The notes under the pieces are model-generated. The model was not told where the DNA came from and did not search any database. It saw nothing but the letters and a program-made list of their open reading frames with translations. Below, one piece after another: positions 25,291 to 38,500 of a DNA stretch of 64,000 nt. Source of the stretch: Camelus dromedarius (Eukaryota); NCBI RefSeq assembly GCF_036321535.1, contig NC_087436.1:6014001-6078000 (forward strand), given 5' to 3'. Numbering within the stretch: position 1 is the stretch's first letter; each line of letters opens with the position of its first letter. Made by a program: the position numbers and the translations under genes.

Positions 25291-25605
25291 AAGTCATGCC
25301 TCAGTTAAGCCCCCTCTTCAGTTACCCCCAGGCCTCTTTTGCATAAATCTTTCACCCTCTCTCCTCTTACAGTCAATCTCTCTCTCTCTGTCTTCAAAAT
25401 CCAGATTGCCCTTAATATGCAACCACGCCCCCCTTCCAATCTTAGCCTTGCAATAATAGCTGGCTGTCCCTTGAGTATCATTTTTTCTCCTACTGTCCTT
25501 TTTCCATCTCCGCCTTCACAGCCAGGTCTACACATTTGGACAACATCGATTTGTCTCCTGAGAAATATTTGAATTCCACATTCAAGAGTTCCAGCATTAT
25601 CTCTA

Positions 25606-25792
25606 AAAATGGTTTCCACAGCTGTATTATTTTATTAGAAACTTCTGTTGATTATATAAAAATATAACTTTTCAGTTCCCTGACCCAGATCCACTGAATT
25701 ACAATGGCTGGTGAAAAGATCCTGGAATCTTTATATTTTCTTAAAAACTTCTTGGGTGATTCTGGTAACAGCACAAGTTTGGGATCAGCTGC
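25606..25792. mobile_element. MER5-like hAT MITE within an L2 remnant
   Basis: 'cccagatccactgaattaca...cctggaatctttatattt...cttgggtgattctgg...aagtttgggatcagctg'. Confidence 0.7.
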
Positions 25793-26192
25793 CCGGTGTA
25801 CAGCAGTAATTCCCACAGCCTTCCTTTCATTACTTCCCCGTCCTGAGCTCCAAATCCGTACATGCAATGGTCCTCTAGGTCAATATTTACAGTTCGTAGA
25901 GTTGATAGTGAAACATGTCCCGAGACTTCACGACAAGGGGACTGCTACTGCCCTCTGAGGGCTGACTTAAGTGCATCCATTTATACTGGACAAGACTTAC
26001 CATTTCCTAGAACAGAAAAACAGATACTTGAATGATCACTACCACCTAATTTAATGATATTTGAAAGAAAGATGAAGAAGGAAAACTGAGAATACCTGGG
26101 AGCACTGTTCAGAGAAACACCACTGCCATTTTGGGTCACGGCTGGTGAAAAGAGAGGCAGAATCTTGGTCCACAAGAGTACTAATTACTAGA

Positions 26193-26567
26193 AAGAGAAA
26201 GAAAAATGCTATGTAATATCACTTACATGTGGAATCTAAAAAAAAAAAAAAGAAACAAATGAACTTATTTACAAAATGGAAACAGACTCACAGGCATAGA
26301 AAACAAACTTATAGTTACCCGGTACAGGAGTGGGTAGGAAGGGATAAATTGGGAGTTTAGGATTTGCAGATAATAACTACTATACACAAAATAGATAAAC
26401 AACAAGTTTCTTCTGTATAGCATAGGGAACTGTATTCAATATCTTGTAGTAAACTATAATGAAAAAGAACATGAAAATGAATATATGTATGTATACATGT
26501 GACTGAAATATTATGTTATACACTGGAAATTGAGACAACATTGTAAACTGACTATACTTCAATAAAT
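26193..26567 (+). mobile_element. Camelid-type L1 3' UTR, 5'-truncated, with perfect direct flanking repeat
   Basis: L1 3' UTR flanked by identical aagagtactaattactaga at 26174-26192 and 26568-26586. Confidence 0.95.
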
Positions 26568-27664
26568 AAGAGTACTAATTACTAGAGTTACCCTTTCTCT
26601 TATAGGGTGGAGTGTTTTCATGGACATTGCTACTATGATCTGTACAAAATGACGCTAAAGACTATGGGCCTCGTTTGTTCTAATCCCATGTTCATTAAAA
26701 AGATCCAGTTACCATAATGGTTTTCTGGATACCTACAAATTGGGCTCTGAGAGGTTAACATATATGAGCATTCCAGGTGCCAGAAAGGGGGAGCTCCCTC
26801 CATACCGGTGTTCCCTAAGTGGCTGGTCATTTGTGGTTATACTGGAATAAAGACCAGTTTCTAAACCTAGAAGGCCAGAGCCATGAACACAGATAAATCT
26901 GTCAGAATCTCACTAGTCAGTCAATCATCTATCACAAAAAGCAGCTGGAATTTTCCTGCAAAAAACCTCAGGCTCATGATCTTGGATCCAAAAAGCCAAA
27001 GATCTTAATTTGGACCCATCTCACTAGCACTAAACTCATATTCATGTAGCTTTCTTCCTGAAATGTCCCCACTCTACCAGACTCTGTGGCTTCTGTCCTT
27101 GGAGAAATTGATTACCCCATCTTTAATCCACCTCCTAGACGCCTAGACTTCTCCCCCACTGTCATCTGATCCTCACAAAGCATCGCCTCCATCACTTTTT
27201 GTCTTGCCTTTAGCGTTCTCATCGTCTTGCTTCTGTGCGTAGTCAGCTGCACCACACCTCTCTTTCCAGCCTTCTCTTGCGGGAGGAGCGGTCTTTCTTT
27301 CCACCAAAGCCCAGTTATCCAATCGTGTTACTGATGTCCTCTCTCTACTTTCATATGACCACGATCCATTGGTTGTCTCCTCTCTTGTGTATTTTAAACC
27401 TTCCCTCCTTCCCCTTCATTCTGACTTCTTCCTAAGAATTTAACATGCTCGTGTTCATCTGATCTCAAAAAAAAAAAAAAAAAATAGCAAAAAGAAGCAA
27501 CAGTGACAACCTTCTTACTTCCCTTCACAGCCAGCTTTCCCCAAACCACAATAAGGAAGGCATTAGCGCCACCCCAACAAAACCCCTTCTCTGAAGACAC
27601 CTGCACCTCACAGTCATCAAATCTAGCCTATTCACAAGCCCCTAACCTTATGTAAAATGTCAGA

Positions 27665-27850
27665 AAGGGCTAACAGTGCAAAGATTAAAGATCAGACGAC
27701 TTGGACGAAAATTCTGGTTCTGCCGTTGATGGTGTAGGCAACTTCGAGAAAGTGACTTACATGTCAGAGCTCACTTTCCTCATCATTAAAGCAAGTGAAA
27801 AAGTACCTCAGAGGGTTGCCATGGAGATGTGATGCTCAAATAATGGTGTC
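27665..27850 (+). mobile_element. MIR fragment
   Basis: 'aattctggttctgccgttg...gagctcactttcctcatcattaaagc...agtacctcagagggttg'. Confidence 0.7.
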
Positions 27851-28084
27851 TAATCACCTGATGCTAGTACTACTGAACTCCTTTCCACATGTGCCCTGAT
27901 GGCTGTATCCCACCAGGTACCAAATCCACTCCAAGTACCAAACCCGCTACATAAAGTTAGGTTGTCTTTTTTTGCCCTCTCCTGGCTGTTTTGCTATGTT
28001 CCTCTAGTCTCAGCTTCCACACTGAAGCACCACTGTGTTATGGCCCTTGCATCTTCTTGTCTCACTTGTTGCACAGCAGCTCGT

Positions 28085-29100
28085 TCTTTCATTTACTCAT
28101 TCATTCAGGGTTACTGATTGCACGTTCCTCAGGTAGCAGGGATAATTCTGTCTGCTGGAAATAGGAGTAAACAAGAGAGACAAGGTCTTTTATCTCACAG
28201 CTATCCCATGTTCATGTGAGAAGAGAGTGAAAAAATAAGCAAATACATAAATATGATGGTTTTATAGTCTAAGTGCTAGGACGTAAAGAACGCAACACAC
28301 GATTATGGCACAGTAACTCTACCAGACTAGTGACCATCAGAAAAGACCACCCCTAGCTGAGCCTTCCGTGATAACTGGGTGCTGACCAAGGAAGGAAAGG
28401 AGGCAAAGCATTCCAGGTAAAGGAGTCAGCAAGTACCATGGCCTTAAGGGAGCAATGAATTTGATGTGCTGAGAAACAGAAAGCTGAAGGAGTGGGGAGG
28501 CCTAGGTAAGGTATGCAGGGATAGGAACTCGCTCTGAGTGTGTGATGGAAACTGAAGGAAGTTGAAGGTCCAGTCCCCGCAAATGTCTGTGATTAGGTTT
28601 GTTTTGACAACATTCCACTTGCCTGCTTGCTGAAGAACAGAATACATACATGAAGGAAATCAAGACCTTCAGTCAAGAACTGATGTTTCTTGGAACTGGG
28701 AAGTCTCAGAGAAGACATAGGAAAATGAACAGACACTGAATCTACTTTTGAACAGTGAAATGTCTTGCTAATAACTTGGATATAGATTAAGAAACAGAAG
28801 GAATCAAGAATGAGTCCCACGTTTGAGTTGGAGTGCCTGAGGAAATGTTGTTGCCTGGACAAATATGGCGGGTGGCAGTCATCAAGATTTGTATTTTTCC
28901 CCGTGTTAAACAGGAAGTGCATATTACGCATCCAATTAGAATATCAAGTAGGCAGCAGCCATGCGAGTCTAAAGATCAGTGGAGTGATCAGGAAGGCAGT
29001 GCTCATTTGAGAGTCATCAGCCTGTAAAGCCAGGTGGGATCTGAGATCACAGATGGGGAAGCACAGGGAGAGTCGCATTGTGCCCTGGGCTACTCCATCA
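28085..29100 (-). mobile_element. L2 LINE remnant
   Basis: 'tttcatttactcattcattcagg...gtaaacaagagagacaaggtc...gcattccaggtaaaggagtcagcaagtac...gaatcaagaatgagtccc...tttgagagtcatcagcctgta'. Confidence 0.8.
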
Positions 29101-29340
29101 CTTCTCAGAGCCAGCCAGGAAGGCAGAAAGGCTTTTGTCAGTGTGGGAAGAGGTCACCTCTCTTTGGAAGTTCAGATCCATCTCAACCTCAGTTATGTAA
29201 GATTATAAGCATCTTCCTCTGAACCAAACCTGGGTCACCCTTAGTAATCCCCACCCCTCAACAAGTCACACTCAATGTATTCCCTGCTCTGGTCAGTTTT
29301 ACCCCCTACACAGCAATTAAATGAACACATGCTGCTCTTC

Positions 29341-29391
29341 CCTCTGTCTCTCTGTCTCTGTCTCTCTGTCTGTCTGTCTGTCTGTCTCTCT
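29341..29391 (+). repeat. (CTCTGT)n/(CTGT)n microsatellite
   Basis: Direct reading of the sequence. Confidence 0.9.
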
Positions 29392-29695
29392 TTCACTGCC
29401 CCTGTTTTAGTCCTCAGGATGCATCACATGGACCAGTCTTCTAAGTGGGATGGTCTCTGGTCTTCCTCTGCATCACCTCTGCTATTTTGAAACGTTAATT
29501 GGCTTCAGCATTCCCTTCTTAAGAGACTCTGATAGGCCCCCTGCCCTTAGAACTTGAAATTTCAAACTCTCCTGCAGGGCTGTGTATTCCTCCATAACTT
29601 GAAGAACAGCCCTCTTTTCCCAAAGCATCTTAGCACCTACACTTCAATCCACAGAGCTCAAACTTATATGCACTTTCCATGCTTCTTCTCTCTTC

Positions 29696-29875
29696 TGGAG
29701 CTTCACTGTTAATGTGATAGTTATTAGTCACATGCTACTATATAAATTAAAAATTTTTAAGTTAAAAACTCGATTTCTGTATCACATGAGCCATAATTAG
29801 AGTGCTTATTAGCTGCATGTGCAAATATAGAACATCTTCATCATCACAGAAACCATTCTATGGGATAGTAATGAT
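29696..29875. mobile_element. MER3-like hAT-Charlie MITE
   Basis: 'tagttattagtcacatgctacta...gtgcttattagctgcatgtgcaaatatagaacatcttcatcatcacagaaa...tctatgggatag'. Confidence 0.7.
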
Positions 29876-30735
29876 CTAGTCCAACCTTTGGCCATTTTCC
29901 ACTAACTAATTTTCTATGAAATAAAGGTAAAATGTCACTGGAAGCAATACTTTGTCCATCTCAGAGAGACTAAATCAGAAGCCTCTCTTCTGTGTTACTA
30001 TAATACCTGCATCCATGGATTTTACAGCATTTAAATTACTAACAGAAATAACTCACTAAATAACTAACTTAACTAAATCAACTTACTAATTTACTTACAA
30101 ATTATGATTGTTTTTATTTATTTTCTGTGCTTGCTTCCTAAAAATAAACTATGATATATGTGTAGACACTAAGGTGATTGTATTAAATCACCTTAAACAC
30201 AAGGCCATATCTATTTCTTTCGTTAGAAAAATGGAAAGAGATTGCTCTGATTGACAGAGACCAACCATCATCTGTTTTCTGGGATGGATGGTATTTGCTA
30301 ACAAGCAAAATGAGAGTTCTGGAGCAAGCGAGAACAAAGACGTGACTATTACAAAGACAACCAAGATGTCTGACATAATCATGAAAATCCTAAAATAAAA
30401 GTCATGGCAATTACTGAAACTGATATGTAGTTTTACATACAGGTACCCTGAGAAATGATCATGGTCATTAAAATTAAAAAGGAAACAAAATATCCTATTT
30501 TTCCCTCTCGTATCCTCAAAGTACTCCTTAGCCTTTCTTCAGTGTAGTTTATGACGTATAAGGAAATTTCACTACTATAAAATGCCACTGTTTGTATCTG
30601 GTAATAGTTATTTTCTTGAAATCTATTTTATCTAATGCTAATATGGCTATTCCAGCTGTTTCATTATTAGGCTGCATGATATATATGTATATTTTCTGTT
30701 TTATTTTTTATCTATGAGTGCCTTTATAGATCATC

Positions 30736-32616
30736 TTTTCCAGCTTTATTGAAATATGATTGACAGATAAAAATTGTGAACATTTAACAGGTACAATGTG
30801 ATGCTTTGGCATACAAATAAAATATGAAATGACCATCACAATGAACTTAATTACCATACCCATCACCTCACCTTTGTTTGTGTGTCTGGTGAGGACACAT
30901 GAGATCTACTCTCTCATCAGATTTCAAGTATGCAATAAATTATTATTGACTTCAGCCACTATCTGACATTAGGTCAACAGAACAATTTGACTTATAACTG
31001 AAAATGTACACTATTCAGCCAACATGTCCCCATGTTTCAACCCCTGATAGCACCACTCTACTCTCTTACTGTGAGTTCAACTCCTTTAGATACCAAATAC
31101 AGCTAAAATCATGCAGTATTTGTCTTTCTGTTTCTGGCTTATTTCACTTAGCTCAGTGTCTTCCAGGTTCATCTATGCTGTGGTAAATGCTAAAATTCCC
31201 TTCTTTGTTATGGCTGAATAGTATTCCACTCTATACATAAACCATATTTTCTAACGTTCATGATGGACTATGTAGGTCATCTCATATCTTGGATATTGTA
31301 AATAATGCTGCAATCAACATAAGAGTGCAGATGCCTCTTTGAGATCCAGGTTTTATTTCCTTCAGCTACATACACAGATGTGAGATTGCTGCACCATGGA
31401 GTAGCTCCATTTTTAAATTTTTGAGGAACCTCCACACTGTTTTCCATAATGGCTGCACCAATTTACCAGTTTACCCCAGTAGCGTAGGAGTTCCCTTTTT
31501 TCCATATCCTTGTTATCTTTTGACTTTAGCATAAAAACCATCATAACCGATATGACATCTCATGGGTTTGATCTGTATTTTCTGATGATTAGTGATGTTG
31601 AGCACCTTTTCATGTACCTGTTGGTCATTTGTATATCTTGTTTGGAAAGCAATCTATTTGGATCCTTTAGCCATTTTTTAGCCATTGTGTGTTTTGCTAT
31701 TGAGTTGTATATGTTAACTATATATTTTGGGTAGTAATCCCTAATCAGATATATGATTTGCAAATTGTCTCCCATTCTGTAGGTTGCCATTGCATTTGGT
31801 TGATGGTTTCTTTTGCAGAAACATTTTACTTTGATATAGTCTCATTTGTTTATTATTATTATTATTATTTTGCTTTTGCATGTCTTGTCAAATTTAAAAA
31901 AAAATCATCAAAACCAAGGTCAAGGAGCCTTTTCCCTATGTTTTCTTCTATGAGATCTATGTTTCAGGATTGACATTCAAGTCCTTAATCCATTTTGAGT
32001 TGATTTTTGTGTATGGTGTAAGATAGTAGTGTAGTTTTTTGTTTTTTTGTTTTTTTGGTTTTTTTTGCATGTGGTTGTCTAGTTTTTCCAATACTATATA
32101 TTGAAGAGAATGCCCTTTCCCCATTATATATTTTTGGCTCTTTCGCTGTAAATTAATTAACCATGTGTTTATGGGTTTATTTCTGGACTCTTTATTCTGC
32201 TCCACTGATCTTTGTGTCTATTTTTACGCTGGTACCATACTATTTTGATTACTATTGCTTTGTAATACAATGTGAAATCAGAAAGCATGTTGTGTCCAGC
32301 TTTCTGCTTCTTCCTTAAGATTATTTAGATTTGCAGGATGTTTTGTGGCTCTATATGTATTTTAGGACTGTTTGTTCTATTTCTGTGAAAATTGTCATTG
32401 GAATTTTGATAGGGATTGCATTGAATCTGTCAGTCACTTTCGTTAGTATAAACATTTTAATAATATGAACCCCTCCAATTCATAAACATGGGATATCTTT
32501 CCATTTATTTGTGGCTTCAATTTCTTTTGTCAATATTTTATAGTTGTCAATGTACAGATCATTCATCTCTTTGGTTAAATGTATTCCTAGATATTTTTAT
32601 TATTTTTGAAGCAATT
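30736..32616 (-). mobile_element. L1 (L1MA-like) 3' ~1.9 kb, ORF2 C-terminus and 3' UTR
   Basis: Minus ORFs 31560-31790 (..RLLSKQDIQMTNRYMKRCSTSLIIR) and 31957-32205 (..YLTPYTKINSKWIKDLNVNPET) are ORF2p remnants. Confidence 0.93.
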
Positions 32617-34280
32617 CTCTTTACTTTTGATTTCCAACAATTTTGCTATAATGTAGATGAGTGTTCTTTTTAAAAAAAATCCTGTTTGAAGGATATTGGG
32701 CATATTTTCCATTAAGTCTGGAGATGTTTTGGAAATCATATATTCATACAATTGTTGTTTCTCAACTTCTCTTTTATCTCCTTCTGGGACTCCAGTTACT
32801 TAATGGCAGACTACCTGATATTTTCCCACAAATTACTGAGATTTTTCTTTCTTTTTTTTCACTCAGTGTTGAAGTTCTAATAGTTTCTATTGATCAGTCT
32901 TCAATGCTCAAACTTCTGTTAAGCCTATCTAGTAATTTCTGAATTCATACATTGTTTGTAGTTTTAGAATTTGCATTTGGTTCTTTTTTATTGTGTCTGT
33001 ATCTCCAAAAACATCCTCTATTTCTTTGTCCATTGTGTACATCTTTTCCTTTAAATTATTGAAATTTTTATAATAGCTATTTCAACATTGTTGTCATCTC
33101 TGTTTTTGTTTCTGTCAACTCTATTTTTCTTTTAGTTATAGGTCACATTTTCTTGCTTCTTTGTATGTCTGTTATTTTCCATTGTCTGATGAACTTGTGG
33201 ATGCTACTCTGTTGACAGTCTATTTTTTCCCCATCATAGAATGTAGAGTTTTATTTTAGCAGTTAATATATTTACTGATGATTTTTAATGATGTTTATAT
33301 GAAATCTGAAAAAAAAAGTACATGTAATATTTAATCATATAGAGAAATCAAGATTGAAGAATAATTCTATTGAAGAGCTCAAGAAAAGGCACAGAGATTG
33401 TTTTTCATTTTTACTAAAATGATTATCTTTGATGTGATGTAAATTGCTTTTTATCTGTTGACAATGGGTGTTTTTTTTAATGCAATCATACAGGAAAGGA
33501 CTGTCTTTGTACACAAGCTAATTAACTATAAAGTGAATTAACCAGTGAGAAATGTACTCAAACTATTTATAACATTTTTGTCAAAATAAAATTGTCTTAT
33601 AGATACTTAAAAAAAAACAACAGGGTTCTGTTTTAAGTTTTGTAAGGACAAATCTAAAGCAGCTTTTACCCTAGGACTAAAGGAACCCTACTCATAAGAC
33701 ATGGTCTTTCTGGGGTCTCATCTGAATATTTGAAATGTTACCCAAGATCGCTCCTTTCTGGCTCATATTTTCCAGCACTGCTTGACTTATGAACTCTCTA
33801 TTCAGCTCCAAGCCCTCTGAAGAGTTTTTGTGGATTTTTTTGTTTTTGTTTTCTTCCTTCTAGGCCTGATGGAGTCTCATTCTCCACATACACAGTTTAG
33901 TATTTGGTCAAAGACTCAAGGAAGCACCTTTGCAGATTTCTGGACCTTTTTCTTGAGGAGCTAGCTCACCTTTGGTACCTTGCCCCCCAGATCCAGATGC
34001 CACAGCAACCCTTGACATCTGATCTCTGCCTCCTCTTCCCAGAAAGTCTGTTGCTCTGTGTTTGGGATCCATGTGCCTGGGTCAAGGTTTGAAAAGTGCT
34101 CCAGGCAAAACGCTGGGGTGACTGTGGACGCACCTCTTAGATGTTCCTTCTTTCAAAGATTCTATCCTTATGCTTTCAGTTTCTAATGCTTAACAGAAGT
34201 TGCTTCATAAATGTTATCAAGTTTTACATTTGTTGACTGTGGAAAGGTAAGTACAGTACTCTACTTGGTAACAGCCAGTC
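32617..34280 (-). mobile_element. Old L1M 5' region/ORF1 remnant (host of the L1MA and of an orphan insert)
   Basis: 'ctccttctgggactccagttac', 'ttttagaatttgcatttggttctttttt', 'ggtcacattttcttgcttctttg', 'gaaaagtgctccaggcaaaacgctggggtga'. It continues the antisense L1 piece at ~30590-30735. Confidence 0.75.
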
Positions 34281-35639
34281 CAATGCACTTTTCCAACGCA
34301 TTTATAAATAATACAATTCCTTTGTCTCACAGTTAGCTGTCTGTCCCAGACCCATCACCCCACTTTAGCGGAAAAAAAAAATTCTACTTTACCCTGTACT
34401 CTATCCACTCATGTCTAGTTTACTTTTATTTTAAATTAACAGACTCAGGATAAAAAGGACTTAGAAGTTTGCCCTAAAGATCCTCTAAGAGATTATCTTC
34501 CCAGAGTAAAACCACTGAAATACATGCAAAACAGAGATGCCAGGTCCTGTGTCTAGTCATGTCGCTTCTGAATACTCTCCTCACCACCAGAGCTGAGGCT
34601 CCCCGGAGATAAACGTGCCAGGTTAAACCCCTTGTGCTCCTTTACTGGACTTGTAATGACCTGTCTTCAACTCTAAGCCCCTTGGCCCGTCCATCCCTCA
34701 GTGCCCTATTTACACTCAGAACTCTCTTGTTCCGCAGAGAAAGGGTTCTGCCCCGCACTCTGCCCTGGGAGTGCATACAGCAGCAAATGGTGGGCGCCAT
34801 GAGGAACTCTTACTTATAATTATTCCAAAAGAAAACTACTTGCTGCTGAGAATAATGGGGGAATAATGCCATTCCGGAACTTATGCAATGTGTTACTCCT
34901 TGATATAACCTGCAATTCTACTTAACCTGCCTCTGGTTGAGTATTTCTTTGGGGCTGTAATGTACTTGCCCAGCAGGATGGATGGGGAGAACGAAGGAGC
35001 AAAATGGGAAGAGAAGAAGTAGCCGTTATAAAAGAGCCCTAAGACCAGTTATTCTATTACCTTCATATTTCTTTTTTATCACCCAGTGGTGCAACATAGA
35101 TTTCTTTTGCTTTTGTGCCTGTAATTCATCTTCCAGCGGGTGACTGGATGGATGAAGTGGCTTCGATTTATTTCTTTCTGCCCTATCACTGTATATTTAT
35201 TTAGCTGCTTGTTGAAGTTTTTCGGTTGCACTTTCAAAATCTTCAACAGAAATTCTGACTGGAGGGACGTAGCTTGAAGGATATTAGAATATAGGATTAA
35301 AGTAAATTCTTCTGAGGGAACGATCGCTTTCAGTTGGAGGCGCTAAGAATTTTTAAACCATGAAGATCTGATATAGAACACATTGAGTTACGGTTAGTCT
35401 CATATTCCAAAATGTCAATTAAATGAATAACGTATAACCATAGTCATGAACATGTATATCCATGTTTATTGTTTACTACATACTCATAACAGGCTATGTA
35501 AAAACTCCTGAGTTACTGTATTTCCTTCTACTCTGTTGTCTTTACAAGGTAAACATCTCAGCTCTCTACTTCAATCTATCGCTTGTTCTTTGTTCCAACC
35601 AATCACCTTGTAATCAACCTTTGTAATTCTTTGAATTCA

Positions 35640-35980
35640 CACCACCCTCTCCAGCTTGCTTTTCTCTCTGCTTAGAAATTTTTTCCCATATTTCCCACCT
35701 TAATTTTCTATTCATCTGCCAATTGCCCCTTTAAAAAATGTACTGGCTTATAGAACTATTTCCTGATTGCCCAACCAAGAATAGTGTCTATTTTTAGCTG
35801 CTGTATTCTCAGAGGACCCTATGCCGAGTTTCCTATATTTATTTATTGTTCTACTGAAAACTCTTTAAAGACAAAAACTGTATTTATCTTGTTTGCTGCC
35901 ATAGACCTAGGACCCCAGGATCTGTCATATTTCTTGCATGTGACAGGCTCTCAATAAAGACTTGGTGAATAAATAAGTAG
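35640..35980 (+). mobile_element. L2 3' end
   Basis: 'ctctttaaagacaaaaactgtatttatcttgtttgctgcc...caggctctcaataaagacttggtgaataaata'. Confidence 0.65.
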
Positions 35981-36322
35981 ATTTCAGGATTCCACTGAAA
36001 TAATAGCTCTGTAATTTCCTAGAAGATTCACCTTTCGTGAGTGATGGTATACACACACAAAGGAAGCCGTTTTTGGTGGAACATTGGATGCTTTAAGGAG
36101 CCTGTGCTGAGTCCCAAGATGAGGACCTGCTCATCTGTGATGGGCCTATGGTCATGCCTAGGACACAAAAAAGGCATCTGAATATAACCATGCAACTCAC
36201 TAAAATGTGAGGTTTATTTAATTACCTGTATCCTTGCTCATCTAATGCTAGAAACAAATTTGGCTTTTCCCCTATGCATTCACTTAATTTATTGATTGGA
36301 TTGGTCAGAAAATTCAGCGAGA

Positions 36323-36455
36323 GGGGGAGGGTATAGCTCAGTGGTAGAGCACATGCATAACACACACAAGGTCCTGGGTTCAATCCCCAGTACCTCCTCT
36401 AAAAAATTAAAATACTAAGTAAACCTAATTACCTTCCCCTCCCCTACCAAAAAAA
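36323..36455 (+). mobile_element. Camelid-type tRNA SINE (vic-1-like)
   Basis: 'gggggagggtatagctcagtggtagagcacatgc...ggtcctgggttcaatccccagtacctcc...aaacctaattacc'. Confidence 0.93.
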
Positions 36456-38309
36456 TTGTTAAGCCCATTGCAAGTATCTATTTAATTAAAACCAATTAGG
36501 AGAGCATGACCTCCACAGTGATAGATTTTTAATTTAGTGGAGTGAAATTTTTATTGTCTGGTGCTAATTTGGATCTTTAGTTTATGTCAGTAAAACTCAG
36601 ACATGACATAGGCATTGCTCCCTACACGTGCCTCCCAGTGTGTGTTACTATCGCACTGGGAATTCTCCAGGAACTAAACCTTGGTTCACATTTCCGTACT
36701 TTCATGTAAGGCAGTTATAGGGGCTAAGAGAAGTTAAAGAAAACAAAAACGTTTACAATAGACCTTGATTTATAATTCTGATTACTATCCTACTCATCTG
36801 GGGAGATGTCGCCATGATTTTTACCATGATCTATTTCCAACCTGACTTAACACCGTGACTCAACTTCCTTCTCTAAGACTGTGCCCTGAGTCTAAGACAA
36901 AAGCAGTGTGGTCCACCAAGACTCCCAGGCATGCCTCCAGGAAGTTGTAGATGGTCATGCTTTTCAAGTAAAAGTCAGCCCTTTTTTCCCCAATGACTTT
37001 TCATTAAAAGAAATACTTTTTATTTATTGATTATTCACTGAGCCTGGGATGATGTGGATTAAATGTCTCCTGGATATATCTGAGAAATATTTACTGATAT
37101 TTAGAAGAAAATGAATCGATCAGACATTGTGGTTTTCACATGTTAGATGAAAACAAAATACATTCATTTTTTTTTGCTCCAGAACATATCAAATTACACT
37201 TGTATGCTTAAAATGAATCCCCCAATATAAATGTTTTCTCTTGTACTAAAAAGTCATTAATTAGAGATGCCTTTTTAATTGAAATAAAATGAGTCCAAAT
37301 GCTACCCAAGCAAATATATTTATATTTTATGATTTTAACACAGCCACAGAATGCTGCAAGTAATAGGCATCTTAAATCTTTTTATTATACTGAGTCCTGT
37401 GACATCACTTAAAATTGCTTCTGATGTTTAAGTAGCTCATATAAGGTAAGATTGTCTAAATAATCTAGTTTACTAAATGCCATGGAAACACATCAAACTG
37501 TTTCTTACTAAGAGCATAATCTGCCTTCTTATCTTCATTAAGAAGAAGGAATGTTTCCTGTGAAGTATTTTGCCAAGTAGCTTAGTTCAGAATGTTATAA
37601 CTATGCATGTGGAAAATTAGAAACTCTAGTGTGGGTGATTCGTTTTCCATTAACTTTTAAACAGCCAATGCATATCCAGCCATTAGTAAAACCAAGATGT
37701 CATTGTTTACCTTGGTCCAATTAAAATTGCTTTTATCCGAAGATATACTGGCAATGATATGTGCATTAGTTACAAATGCTGAGCATCGCAGAAGAGCATG
37801 ATCTTTCATCAAAAAAAAAGCACAGCTCGTTGACCAGTTAAATAATTAAGAATTGGGGAATGTTACAGTTCAGGGACTTAGGCAATGTAGCAGAAGCTTT
37901 ATTGCTTTTTTAAAAATAATCTTACCTGCAGAATAGCCTTGGGCAGGTCACCTAATATGAGTTAATTTCCCAAGCTTTGTTATTGGAACTTAACTGTAAA
38001 ATGGAAAAGCTTGTTTAACTATACGTTGTGCAGAAGAAGCAGGTGTGATGTCTGGTCATGACTGTTGAAAATGAGCCCTGAGACCATGCAAAATAAAACA
38101 ACCGTGCTATTTTCACCAGTAACAGAAAGATCACTATTTTGTAACAAAAAAAAAAAAAATGCAACTTTTCCAATGAGCTAATTTTAGCCATGGGTTGTTC
38201 TTTATTCATCCACATAGGCTTAATTCTTTGTACTGACTCAAAACAGTTAAAAAATATTTGCAGATAACATCTCTAATTAAAATATGCCATGAGGTAGAGG
38301 AAAAGTGGG

Positions 38310-38500
38310 TTGTCATGGAGAAAGTTCAGTGCGTGGAGAGGTAAGATCTTGTCTCAATCCGAGTTCTATTGCCAGTTTGATGGTTGAGCATGGACAGCTC
38401 TCAGAAGATCTGGTTTTCATGTCTTTATAGGTATGATGTACAAAACAGTCCACCTCACACCTTATGTCTAGGAGAATTCAATGAGAAAATATCTAAATAG
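38310..38500 (+). mobile_element. MIR fragment
   Basis: 'atggagaaagttcag...aagatcttgtctcaatccgagttctattgcc...ggttttcatgtctttatag...gagaattcaatgagaaaat'. Confidence 0.55.

Noticed and set aside
27815..27828. X-box-like GTTGCCATGGAGAT
   Set aside because: An isolated half-match inside a MIR remnant.
36323..36397. tRNA-like sequences with A and B boxes (also near 3840, 13580, 49545, 57480, 57815)
   Set aside because: They are SINE heads with a degenerate cloverleaf, attached AT-rich tails and TSDs, not tRNA genes.
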